Source of the DNA: an uncultured Bacilli bacterium
GTDB lineage: Bacteria > Bacillota_I > Bacilli_A > RF39 > UBA660
Assembly: GCA_947628745.1 (NCBI GenBank)
Contig: CANRBB010000003.1
Location: 1-44,370 of the forward strand
Reading direction: 5' to 3'
Length of the DNA stretch: 44,370 bases
Each line of letters opens with the position of its first letter. The stretch's first letter is position 1. Shown piece after piece: positions 9,982 through 19,807 of the stretch. The position numbers and the translations under genes were made by a program. Under the pieces are notes generated by a model. That model had not been told where the DNA came from and made no database searches. It saw only the letters and a list, made by a program, of their open reading frames with translations.

Positions 9982-10010
9982 TTGACTAAGACCATAAATT
10001 ATGGTACAAT
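9982..10010 (+). promoter_or_regulatory. Promoter of cpsC-cpsD-cpsB with internal palindrome
   Basis: TTGACT (9982-9987), 17-bp spacer, TG-n-TACAAT (10005-10010); ACCATAA-A-TTATGGT at 9991-10005. Confidence 0.7.
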
Positions 10011-10036
10011 TAATGCCAGTTTAGAGGTGTGTAACA

Positions 10037-10711
10037 ATGGAAGAAATTAATATATCAGAATTTTTTAAATATTATTTTTCAAAAATGATTATCATAGTAA
10101 TAGTTGTTTTAGCAACTTTATCAATCGGGAACATATATAGTTTTCTCATGAGAAAACCGTTATATGAAAGTAATACGACCATAGTATTAGCTGGAAATAG
10201 TAAAAATAATACAGGCGAATATACTTCCACAGATTCACAGTTAAATCAAAGACTAGTATCAACATATAGCGAAATTATAAAGAGTAGAAAAGTTCTACAG
10301 CAGGTAATAGATGATGAACAATTAGATTATTCAGTAGGAGAATTATCTAAAGAAATTACAGTCAGTAGTGTAGAAGATACCGAAATAATAAAAATATCAG
10401 TAAGTGATGAAGATAGTTTAAATGCAAGAAAGATAGCCAATGACATTGTACCTGTTTTTTCAGATGAGGTAAAACGCATTTATAATATAGATAATGTTAG
10501 TGTTGTAGACGAAGCGGTAGAAGCTAAAGCACCATATAATATCAATTACATTAAAGAAAACCTTATATATATATTAATTGGCGTCATCTTAGCTAGTACT
10601 ATCATATTTATAATATATTATTTTGATACAACTATTAAATCAAGTGAGGATGTAGAGGAAAAACTAGGTTTGACAGTAATTGGAATAGTGCCTAGTGAGG
10701 AAAGGGAGTAA
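10037..10711 (+). CDS. cpsC: Polysaccharide co-polymerase / chain-length regulator (CpsC/Wzd)
   Basis: Two TM segments; TYSEIIKSRKVL, NVSVVDEA, DTTIKSSEDVEEKLGLTVIGIVP. Confidence 0.9.
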   Translation: MEEINISEFFKYYFSKMIIIVIVVLATLSIGNIYSFLMRKPLYESNTTIVLAGNSKNNTGEYTSTDSQLNQRLVSTYSEIIKSRKVLQQVIDDEQLDYSVGELSKEITVSSVEDTEIIKISVSDEDSLNARKIANDIVPVFSDEVKRIYNIDNVSVVDEAVEAKAPYNINYIKENLIYILIGVILASTIIFIIYYFDTTIKSSEDVEEKLGLTVIGIVPSEERE

Positions 10712-10715
10712 AATA

Positions 10716-11417
10716 ATGAAAACGCAAGACTTAATAATAAACGTAAATCCTAAATCGATTTTTAGTGAATCTATAAAAACAATACGTACAAATCTAGCTT
10801 TTTCAAATGTAAAAAATAAAATGAAAGTAATTCTGACTACATCTCCAGAATCAGGTGACGGAAAGAGTTTTATTTCAGCTAATTTAGCTGTTGCTTACGC
10901 CCAAGAAGGTAAAAAAGTTTTAATGATAGATTGTGACCTACGACGTGGTAGACAACATCAAATATTTGAAGTCATGAATTTATCTAGTAGTGGCTATTCT
11001 AATCTAATTTTAAATTATGGAGAAGATACCAAGATTAATAAATATATAGTCGAGACAGCTAATTCTAATATAGATTTATTACCTACGGGACCAACACCAC
11101 CCAACCCTGTCGAATTGTTAGCCTCTGAAAATAATCAAAAACTAATTACTCAATTAAAGAAAAAATATGACATTATTATACTAGATTGTCCACCAGTTAT
11201 TGGCTTAAGTGATGCCATGATTATGACTAAATTTAGTGATGTAAACATCTTAGTAATATCTAATCATAGAACAAAATTTGAAAGCGTAGATAGAGCAAAA
11301 AAAATATTTGCTCAAGCAAATGCTGCAATAACTGGAGTAGTTATCAATAAAGCAGATGTAAAAAATAACAGTTATTATAGTTATTATTCAGATGAATACT
11401 ATGGGGAAAAGAAATAA
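10716..11417 (+). CDS. cpsD: BY-kinase (CpsD/Wze tyrosine kinase)
   Basis: ESIKTIRTNL, SGDGKS Walker A, IDCDLRR, ILDCPP, C-terminal Tyr cluster YYSYYSDEYY. Confidence 0.92.
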   Translation: MKTQDLIINVNPKSIFSESIKTIRTNLAFSNVKNKMKVILTTSPESGDGKSFISANLAVAYAQEGKKVLMIDCDLRRGRQHQIFEVMNLSSSGYSNLILNYGEDTKINKYIVETANSNIDLLPTGPTPPNPVELLASENNQKLITQLKKKYDIIILDCPPVIGLSDAMIMTKFSDVNILVISNHRTKFESVDRAKKIFAQANAAITGVVINKADVKNNSYYSYYSDEYYGEKK

Positions 11418-11420
11418 TAT

Positions 11421-12149
11421 ATGAAAGATTTACACTCACATTTATTACCTGGAATTGATGATGGTTCAAAAAGTATCGAAGAAACTATTACACTTTTAAA
11501 AAAAGCATCAGAAGAGGGGATTACTGATTTAGTCTTAACTCCACATTATATCGAAATGAGTAAATATAATTGTAATAATGATGATAAATTAAGACTTCTG
11601 AAAATAGTACAAGAAGAAGCATCCAAAGAAAACATCAATATTAATTTATATTTAGGAAATGAAGTGTATTTGACAGAAAATTTTTTAGAATTATTAAAAA
11701 ATAATGAAATAATGACCATCAATAATAGTAGATACCTACTCTTAGAATTTCCTTTAGGGAACATGTTTCGTAATACCAAAGAAATTTTATATGAGTTAAT
11801 AGTATCGGGATATATCCCAATAATAGCTCATCCAGAAAGATACCGTATTTTTCAAAGACATCCAGAGCATATGGAAGAATATTTAAGGATGGGTGTGCTT
11901 TTACAAGGAAATTACAAAAGCCTACTTGGAAAGTATGGAAAAGACGCCAAGCACACGCTTAAGTATTTTCTAAAAAAAGGCTGGATTTGTTTAATTGGTA
12001 GTGATTGCCACCACGAGGAAAATTTTGAAATAAAAAAAATGAAACGCAAATTAAATTCTATTGTAAAAGATGAACAGATGATTGCCGATATTCTAGAAAA
12101 TAACTTCGTTAAAATCATCACAAATGAAGAAATAGGTATAAGAAGATAA
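11421..12149 (+). CDS. cpsB: PHP-family tyrosine phosphatase (CpsB/Wzh)
   Basis: DLHSHLLPGIDDGS, TPH, IIAHPERY, GSDCH. Confidence 0.92.
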   Translation: MKDLHSHLLPGIDDGSKSIEETITLLKKASEEGITDLVLTPHYIEMSKYNCNNDDKLRLLKIVQEEASKENININLYLGNEVYLTENFLELLKNNEIMTINNSRYLLLEFPLGNMFRNTKEILYELIVSGYIPIIAHPERYRIFQRHPEHMEEYLRMGVLLQGNYKSLLGKYGKDAKHTLKYFLKKGWICLIGSDCHHEENFEIKKMKRKLNSIVKDEQMIADILENNFVKIITNEEIGIRR

Positions 12150-12208
12150 TAAAATTCAGAATGAGTGTTTTGCATAAGAATAGCAAATATTTATATAAAA
12201 AGTAAACC

Positions 12209-12273
12209 ATCTCTGAAGTGAAGCGAATGCTTCGCTTTTTAAGCTCCTATGCTTTATAGGGTATTCAGGAGAT
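12209..12273. other. Compact three-way-junction secondary-structure element
   Basis: Outer stem ATCTCTGAA/TTCAGGAGAT encloses hairpins AAGCGAA-tgc-TTCGCTT and TCCTAT-gcttt-ATAGGG. Confidence 0.45.
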
Positions 12274-12501
12274 AGAAAGCATAAAAAAGACATACTTTAA
12301 AATAAAAATTAACATATATACATAAAAAGAAAAGTAATTTTTTTTAACACAAAATAGAAAAATTAATATATAATGTATGTTAGCGAAAAAAAGCGCTATT
12401 AGCGCTATTATTATTGAATACAGAATATAAATTCATGCATTTGTATGGATAATATGCAATATAGTGATAAAATAGTTTAATTGAAAAGTGAGGTATATTG
12501 A

Positions 12502-13374
12502 ATGAAAGAATATTTAAAGTTGATTAGAGTAAAACATTGGTTGAAGAATATATTAGTATTTTTGCCAGCCTTTTTTAGTATTAATATGCTAAATCGAAAT
12601 TATATTATTAGTTGTTTATTAGCTTTTTTTGTATTTTGTTTCTCATCATCTATCGTTTATGTATTGAATGACTTAAGTGATATAGAGAAAGATAAATTAC
12701 ATCCAATAAAAAAGAATAGACCTTTGGCGAGTGGGGCTTTATCAAAATCAGAAGCGCACTTAGTAATATTTATACTATCTGTTATAACATCAATAATAAT
12801 GTTTCTGTTTTATAAAAAGACAGAAAATATTTTTACAATTTTGATACCGTTAATTTATATAATTGTAAATATATTTTATAGTAAAATTCTTAAAAATGTC
12901 CCAATAATAGATGTAGTTATACTTGTATCAGGCTTTGTTCTTAGGGTTATGTATGGTGGAATAGTAATTGACGTATCGGTATCCAAATATCTATATTTAA
13001 TGATAATGTTTGGAGCGTTCTACTTAGGATTTGGTAAAAGACGAAACGAGATTATCAAAAATGGCGAAAAAAGTAGAAAAGTTTTACAAATTTATAATAA
13101 AGACTTTTTAGACAAAAATATGTATGTAACATTTGGCTTAGCAATAGTTTCATATACGTTATGGTGTGTTGATCCAACGACAGTAGCACACGTTGGACAT
13201 GATTATCTATTTTGGACTATTCCACTAGTTATGGTAATTTTACAATTATACAGTTTAAACATTGAGGGCAATTCACATGGCGACCCAACTGAAATTATAT
13301 TAAATGATAAATGTTTATTAGCAACTAGTGTATTATATGTATTAATAATGGTATTCCTACTATATATTATATGA
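12502..13374 (+). CDS. UbiA-family polyprenyl-phosphate phosphoribosyltransferase (DPPR-synthase-like)
   Basis: LIRVKHWLKNILVF, YVLNDLSDIEKDKLHPIKKNRPLASG, LKNVPIIDV, FGKRRNE, GDPTE; polytopic membrane protein. Confidence 0.85.
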   Translation: MKEYLKLIRVKHWLKNILVFLPAFFSINMLNRNYIISCLLAFFVFCFSSSIVYVLNDLSDIEKDKLHPIKKNRPLASGALSKSEAHLVIFILSVITSIIMFLFYKKTENIFTILIPLIYIIVNIFYSKILKNVPIIDVVILVSGFVLRVMYGGIVIDVSVSKYLYLMIMFGAFYLGFGKRRNEIIKNGEKSRKVLQIYNKDFLDKNMYVTFGLAIVSYTLWCVDPTTVAHVGHDYLFWTIPLVMVILQLYSLNIEGNSHGDPTEIILNDKCLLATSVLYVLIMVFLLYII

Positions 13375-13937
13375 TAAATGCATATGACTTTGATAAAACG
13401 ATATATGATGGAGATTCCTCAATAGACTTCTATTTATATTGTTTGAAAAAAAAACCAAGCATTGCTATATTTATTCCAATACAAATATGGGGTATGGTTT
13501 TATATTCATTAAAGATAAGGAAAAAGGAATACATGAAAGAAAAATTTTTTTCGATACTAAATAGAATTGGAAAAATAGATGAATATGTAACTGATTTTTG
13601 GAAAATAAATGATAAAAAAATAAAAAAATGGTATTTAAACCAAAAGCAAAAAACAGACGTAATTATATCTGCGTCTCCCGAGTTTTTACTTAAGCCTCTA
13701 GAAGATATATTAGAAATTGATAAAGTAATAGCAACTAAAGTAAATAAAAAAACTGGTAAATTTGAATCAAAAAACTGTCATGATTATGAGAAAATAGTAA
13801 GATACAAGCAAATATATGGTGATAAAAAAATAAAGGCATTTTATACAGACTCAGTCAAAGCTGATAGAGCTATGCTAGAATATGCAGAGGAAGGATATAT
13901 AGTTAAGAAAAATAATGTCTATAAATGGTTAAAGTAA
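13371..13937 (+). CDS. HAD-IB family phosphatase
   Basis: YDFDKTIYDGDS motif I, ISASP motif II, YTDSVKAD motif IV; overlaps upstream stop (ATGA). Confidence 0.85.
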   Translation: MINAYDFDKTIYDGDSSIDFYLYCLKKKPSIAIFIPIQIWGMVLYSLKIRKKEYMKEKFFSILNRIGKIDEYVTDFWKINDKKIKKWYLNQKQKTDVIISASPEFLLKPLEDILEIDKVIATKVNKKTGKFESKNCHDYEKIVRYKQIYGDKKIKAFYTDSVKADRAMLEYAEEGYIVKKNNVYKWLK

Positions 13938-14027
13938 TTACCTTAATGCTTTTTCTATATATAATTATTGTCAACTTGCATAATGGACAAATGATATACT
14001 CTTAATATACAGTTAGTGAGGTATCTT

Positions 14028-15188
14028 ATGAATAAAACAAAACAAAAAATAAGTAACATAATATTCTTATCATCTTTAATATTATTATGGATTATTTGTA
14101 TCATCCCCATTTTAAAAAACAGCAACAACTATAATCAAGTAAATAACAGAACGTCTTATAAAATAACAAAACCAACTTCTAAAGAATTTTTAAATAATAA
14201 TTATCAACAACAATTAGAAAATGCTATAAGTGATCAAATGCCTAAATATAATTATTTACAATTACTATACCCCGTTATGTCCAATTACTTAAACTATAAA
14301 ACTATAAAAGTTCTAAATTTAAACCATCAAAATAATTATATAAATTTAGGAAATATAAATATGTACCATGACTACTTAGTATATAATCCAATTATAAAAG
14401 ATGACCTAAAAAATTATGAAGATGATTTAAAAAAAATAAATTATATAAAGCAAAAAATAAATGCAGATATTTACTTATATTATATAAACAGTGATTATAA
14501 CATTAACTTCGAAACAAATAAAACAAAAGATATAGACAAATACTTAAAACAGAAATTAAAAATAGGTGACAACAACATAAAAACACTGACTATTAATTCC
14601 TTTGAAGATTATCAGAAGTATTTCTATAAATACGACCATCACTGGAATAATCGGGGTACTTACCAAGCATATAAAGAAATAGCCACTATGATGAAGTTAA
14701 CTGATATTTTACCAATAAAAGATGAAGTTTGTCTGCAAGATAGAACAATTCTAGGCTCAAAATCTAAGAGTATAGCTTTGAATAAATTCTTAAAAGAAGA
14801 TATTTGTATATATATTTATGATTATCCATCCTTTACTATTAAAATAAATAATGAAGAAGTAGAACAATATGGAGCTAACCTCGAAGATTTGAAAAATATG
14901 ACTGAATTATCTTATGCCACAATATATGGCAGTGACTATGAAGAAATAATATTCGAAAATAATAGTCAAAATAATTCTAAAAAATTGCTAATATACAGTA
15001 ATTCATACTCAAACTCAATAAACAAACTTCTAGCTAGTAATTATGAGTATACTTATGTAATAGATGGCAGATATAATAGTAATTTTGACATGATAAAATA
15101 TGTTAATGAAAAGAAAATAGACGATATTTTAATACTAGCCAATAATATGCTGTTTGGAGATACTATAAAGTGGGGTGATTTTCAATGA
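14028..15188 (+). CDS. DHHW / AlgX-AlgJ-like extracellular O-acyltransferase
   Basis: N-terminal anchor; YKYDHHWN motif; coupled to MBOAT gene; ATG 14028 after GAGGT. Confidence 0.75.
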   Translation: MNKTKQKISNIIFLSSLILLWIICIIPILKNSNNYNQVNNRTSYKITKPTSKEFLNNNYQQQLENAISDQMPKYNYLQLLYPVMSNYLNYKTIKVLNLNHQNNYINLGNINMYHDYLVYNPIIKDDLKNYEDDLKKINYIKQKINADIYLYYINSDYNINFETNKTKDIDKYLKQKLKIGDNNIKTLTINSFEDYQKYFYKYDHHWNNRGTYQAYKEIATMMKLTDILPIKDEVCLQDRTILGSKSKSIALNKFLKEDICIYIYDYPSFTIKINNEEVEQYGANLEDLKNMTELSYATIYGSDYEEIIFENNSQNNSKKLLIYSNSYSNSINKLLASNYEYTYVIDGRYNSNFDMIKYVNEKKIDDILILANNMLFGDTIKWGDFQ

Positions 15189-16564
15189 TTTTCAATTCCC
15201 TTACGTTTCTACTATTGTTTCTTCCTCTATGCATATTAATATACTTTATATTTAAAAATATAAAAATAAGAAATATTATCCTCTTAATATTTAGTTTAGT
15301 ATTCTACGCATGGGGAGAACCAATATATATCTTTATTATGATACTATCTATATTAGTAACGTATATATTTGGAATTTTAATATCAAAAGCAAAAAATAAA
15401 AGAATATATTTTATTATATCTATTGTTATCCTATTACTAAATCTTTTCTTTTTTAAGTACACTAATTTTTTAATAGATAACATAAATCATATATTAAATA
15501 TAAAACTAAAAAATATAGATTTACCTCTACCTATTGGTATTTCATTTTATACATTTCAAGCCTTATCATATTTAATAGATTTATATAGGGAAAAAATTAA
15601 AGTACAAAAAAATTTTATTTCACTTGCTTTATATATAAGCTTATTTCCTCAATTGATAGCGGGGCCTATTGTTCGCTATGAAACGATTCAAAAAGAAATA
15701 ACCAAAAGAAGCCATTCATTAGAAAAATTTGTTAGTGGTATGAAAAGATTTATTATCGGATTAAGTAAAAAAGTAATATTAGCTAACAGTATGGCTTTGA
15801 TAGCAGATACAATTTTTGGAAATTATGCTTATTATAAAACCATACTTATTTGGATAGCAGCTATATCTTATACCTTACAAATATATTATGACTTTAGTGG
15901 CTATTCAGATATGGCTATTGGTCTAGGTAAAATTTTCGGGTTTAACTTTTTAGAAAATTTCAATTATCCCTATATCTCAAGAAGTATCACAGATTTTTGG
16001 AGAAGATGGCATATTTCCTTATCAAGCTGGTTTAAAGACTATATTTATATACCATTAGGAGGGTCACGAGTAAATAAAATAAAGCACATTAGAAATATAT
16101 TTATAGTATGGTTTCTAACAGGATTATGGCATGGAGCAAGTTGGAATTATATTATTTGGGGGTTATATTTTGCTACACTTTTACTAATAGAAAAATATCC
16201 TCTAAAAAATATAATAAAAAAGGTCCCTAGTATCCTTCAACATATCATTACTTTATTTTTAATCATAATCGGATGGGTAATATTTAGGACAGAAAATCTA
16301 AATACTTTACTAAATGTTATCACTCAAATGTTTCTCTATAAAAAAAGTGATATAATGCTATTTATCACCAATAATGCTAATTTAATTATCAATTTCTATC
16401 TATTACTACCAGCTATTATTTTCTGCATACCATTAAAAAAGAAAAAAATAAAACGCTTAGGTGTACAAATAATGGTAGACTTTACGTACTTGCTTATTCT
16501 AATAATAAATATAATATTTATTATAGGAAATACCTATAATCCATTTATTTATTTCAGATTTTGA
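15185..16564 (+). CDS. MBOAT family O-acyltransferase (AlgI-like)
   Basis: LPIGISFYTFQ, FPQLIAGPIVRY, DFSGYSDMAIG, FWRRWHISL, GLWHGA, YNPFIYFRF. Confidence 0.92.
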   Translation: MIFNSLTFLLLFLPLCILIYFIFKNIKIRNIILLIFSLVFYAWGEPIYIFIMILSILVTYIFGILISKAKNKRIYFIISIVILLLNLFFFKYTNFLIDNINHILNIKLKNIDLPLPIGISFYTFQALSYLIDLYREKIKVQKNFISLALYISLFPQLIAGPIVRYETIQKEITKRSHSLEKFVSGMKRFIIGLSKKVILANSMALIADTIFGNYAYYKTILIWIAAISYTLQIYYDFSGYSDMAIGLGKIFGFNFLENFNYPYISRSITDFWRRWHISLSSWFKDYIYIPLGGSRVNKIKHIRNIFIVWFLTGLWHGASWNYIIWGLYFATLLLIEKYPLKNIIKKVPSILQHIITLFLIIIGWVIFRTENLNTLLNVITQMFLYKKSDIMLFITNNANLIINFYLLLPAIIFCIPLKKKKIKRLGVQIMVDFTYLLILIINIIFIIGNTYNPFIYFRF

Positions 16565-16625
16565 CAAAAATAGATTTATAATGTAACATACTAAACATAA
16601 AGTATAAAGGAAGGACAAATTACAT

Positions 16626-18065
16626 ATGGATAATGATTTACACCCAAAAACAAAAAAAATATTGAAGAAAAACTTAATCATAAATATAATTCATTTAATA
16701 GGCCTAGTATTATATGTACTACTATTTATAAGTATTATAAAACTAAATCTATTACCCGATAAATATTTAGTAATGTCAGGGTTAGGACTACTAATTATAG
16801 AAATAGTCTTATTTATTCTTATAAATATTAAAAATAAATTTATAAAGATATTAGGAATGATTATAATTATCATTGGCATAATATTAAGCTCAGTAGGTAT
16901 TTACTATATAAAGACAACCAATAAATTTTTAGATCAATCATTCTCCAAAAAAGTAACTACCACTACTGCCTATTACTTAATAACTAAAAGTGGTAATAAA
17001 TATAAAGAAGAAGACATTACAGGAGATGTATACTACTATAATAACTTTGAATTAAAAGATGTTAAGAAATATCTTACAAAATTTAATATCAATTATGTTG
17101 AAAGTGATAGTATGGTACAATTATTGAAAGATGTTAAAAGTGGCAGTAAAAAATTTATGTTAATTGATAAAACTAATTATAATTTAGCTTTTGATTTAGA
17201 TAATGAGTTATCAAGTAAAGATTATGAAATAGTATATAAATTTGACACTAAGAAAGTCGCACAAAAAGAAGATAAAAACACTAAGAATAAATTTACACTA
17301 CTAATAGTAGGTAATGACTTCGCTGGATATAATGATTTAAACTTATTAGTTACAGTTAACTTAGATAAAAATAAAGCTTTGGTTACTACTATTCCTAGGG
17401 GATATTATATTCCAGTAGAAGGTAAAGGTGGTAGAAAAGATACTTTAAGTTTTATGGCACCCTATGGTATAGATACAAGCGTAAAATCTATTGCCAATTA
17501 TTTTAAGATAAATATTGATTACTATTTAAAAATAAACACTCATAGCTTAGTAGGATTAGTAGATGAAATAGGAGGTATAACCTATTGCTCAGATAAAGCA
17601 TATTATACAACTCATTCTTTAGTATTAGATACATATGAAGATACTAAAGGAAAATTCTATGTAAAAAAAGGATGCCAACAGTTAAATGGAATACAAACAC
17701 TTACTGTGGCAAGAGAAAGAAAAGCTTTTTATGATGGAGATAGAACTAGGCAAAAAAATTGTGTCAAAATTATGCAAGCCATATTGGAAAAAATGAAAAA
17801 TACTAATACTTTAACTAATTATAATAATATTTTAACTTCACTTTCTGATTTATATGAAACAGATATACCAAAAGAAGAAGTAAGCTTAATAATAAAAAAG
17901 ATACTTGAAAATAGTGTTAGTATAACAATTGAGACACAGTCAGTAGATGGTGATGAAACCAAAGATTATGTTCATTTAACAGATTTCTTAGACTACGTTA
18001 TAGTTCCACGTGAAGATACAGTGTTAAATGCAACAGCTAATATAAATACACTGTTAAACGATTAA
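16626..18065 (+). CDS. Second LCP family protein (divergent active-site motifs)
   Basis: Three TM segments; TTIPRGYY, VARERK..GDRTRQ; lacks the SRSD motif of the first copy. Confidence 0.8.
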   Translation: MDNDLHPKTKKILKKNLIINIIHLIGLVLYVLLFISIIKLNLLPDKYLVMSGLGLLIIEIVLFILINIKNKFIKILGMIIIIIGIILSSVGIYYIKTTNKFLDQSFSKKVTTTTAYYLITKSGNKYKEEDITGDVYYYNNFELKDVKKYLTKFNINYVESDSMVQLLKDVKSGSKKFMLIDKTNYNLAFDLDNELSSKDYEIVYKFDTKKVAQKEDKNTKNKFTLLIVGNDFAGYNDLNLLVTVNLDKNKALVTTIPRGYYIPVEGKGGRKDTLSFMAPYGIDTSVKSIANYFKINIDYYLKINTHSLVGLVDEIGGITYCSDKAYYTTHSLVLDTYEDTKGKFYVKKGCQQLNGIQTLTVARERKAFYDGDRTRQKNCVKIMQAILEKMKNTNTLTNYNNILTSLSDLYETDIPKEEVSLIIKKILENSVSITIETQSVDGDETKDYVHLTDFLDYVIVPREDTVLNATANINTLLND

Positions 18066-18667
18066 CTATCAAATTAAAATAAAGATAAAAGTGTTTAATT
18101 AAACTAGGGAGTGTGCAAGTATTAAATCTAAAGGGAATGACTAGCACTTCCTTTTATTTTATTCTGAACACCAACTTGTCTGCTATAATTTTAGTGATAC
18201 CATGTAGTATATTATAATAATGATAAAATAACTTTACAAAAACATTTATACAAGTGCAATTTACAATTATTTTATATTATGGTAGTAAAGAAGACAGAAG
18301 ATGAATACTTTAAAAAATATATTTAGTAAATTATATATAATAAGCTATCTATATGAATCTAACTTTACTGTAAGGCAAAACATAATTATTATAATCTATA
18401 AAATGACATTTTTTTTATCAAAACCTTATTAAAATATAAACATGGTGAAATAATGTGAAGAATATTGTTAGATATGAAACAGAAAATAATAAATCAGATA
18501 GATTAGAATATATTATTTTTAAAAAACAAAATTTCCTGTTAGGCTTTCTTTTTACAACTAATTTTATACTTCCCAAAAAATCTATTAGATGTACTATTGT
18601 CGATTTATCTGATATAATAGTATCAAATATTCAAAATTATTACAGTTTTTTTTGGAGGAGGTATATA

Positions 18668-19807
18668 ATGTCTAGTTTTCTACAAGAAGTAACAAAAGAG
18701 GAAAAGGAAGAATTTTCAAATGATGATTTGTTTAATATTAATTCTTGGGGTGCAGATTTATCATTTAGAGAATTAATTTCAATGTATGATGAAAATGATT
18801 TAATTAAGCCAAATTTACAAAGGAAATATGTATGGACGATAGATGAAGCTAGTAGATTGATTGATTCTATCTTACTTGGATTACCAATACCTAGCATTTT
18901 TTTGGCAAAAAAAGAAGAAAAACGATTAATTATTGATGGATATCAAAGAATAAAGACTGTTTATGATTTCGTTAATGGAACATTTTCCAAGAATAATAGA
19001 ATTTTTAAGTTATCAAATTCTAAAATTATAAATGAGAGATGGAGAGGAAAAAGTTTTCTAGAGTTGACAGAAGATGAGCAAAGACGAATAAAAAACACTA
19101 CAATTCATGCCATAATATTTGAACAAAAAAAGCCAAATAATGACTCTGGGATGTATCAAATATTTGAAAGAATCAATACTTCTGGTAGAACTTTATGTGC
19201 TCAAGAAATTAGAAATTGTATTTATCAAGGAAAATATAATGAACTATTAATGGAGTTAAATAAAAATTTGACATGGAGAAAAATCTTAAAGTGCGAAGAA
19301 GACCCTAGAATGGCAGATGTTGAAAATATATTAAGATATTTTGCTATAAAAAACTTAGCTAAAACAGAAGAATTTTCAAAAAATCAAATTAACCTAAAAA
19401 AATATTTAAACGACAATATGGCTTTAAAATGTAATCTATCTGATGATGAGTATAATCAATATAAATTGGATTTTATAAATACGATTGAAAAAGTTTACGA
19501 TTGTTTAGGTGAAACAGCATTTAATAATATTTCTGAAAAAAGAGATGAACAAGGTAATTGGATATATAATAGTCAATTTGTAAAGAGATTTCATCCAACT
19601 ATTTATGAAGCTGTTATGATTTCCTTTAGTTTTGCATTGAAGAACAACTTTAATTTTGATAATATGAAAGAAAAACAATTGGAATTATTAAATGATATAA
19701 AGTTTAGAGAATCAGCCACAATTAGAACTACTAATTTGGAGAATATAAAAAAGAGAGTTGAATTAGCTACAATGCATTTCTTTGGGGAAAAGTATGAATG
19801 GAAATAA
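18668..19807 (+). CDS. DUF262 (GmrS/ParB-Srx-like) domain protein
   Basis: PNLQRKYVW, LIDSILLGLPIP, IIDGYQR, IFERINTSG; start moved to ATG 18668 after GGAGGAGG; TG-n-TATAAT at 18610-18618. Confidence 0.88.
   Translation: MSSFLQEVTKEEKEEFSNDDLFNINSWGADLSFRELISMYDENDLIKPNLQRKYVWTIDEASRLIDSILLGLPIPSIFLAKKEEKRLIIDGYQRIKTVYDFVNGTFSKNNRIFKLSNSKIINERWRGKSFLELTEDEQRRIKNTTIHAIIFEQKKPNNDSGMYQIFERINTSGRTLCAQEIRNCIYQGKYNELLMELNKNLTWRKILKCEEDPRMADVENILRYFAIKNLAKTEEFSKNQINLKKYLNDNMALKCNLSDDEYNQYKLDFINTIEKVYDCLGETAFNNISEKRDEQGNWIYNSQFVKRFHPTIYEAVMISFSFALKNNFNFDNMKEKQLELLNDIKFRESATIRTTNLENIKKRVELATMHFFGEKYEWK

Noticed and set aside
18455-18667. 71-aa N-terminal extension of the DUF262 ORF
   Set aside because: A strong RBS and extended -10 lie inside it; it may be a decayed gene fragment, but I cannot identify one.
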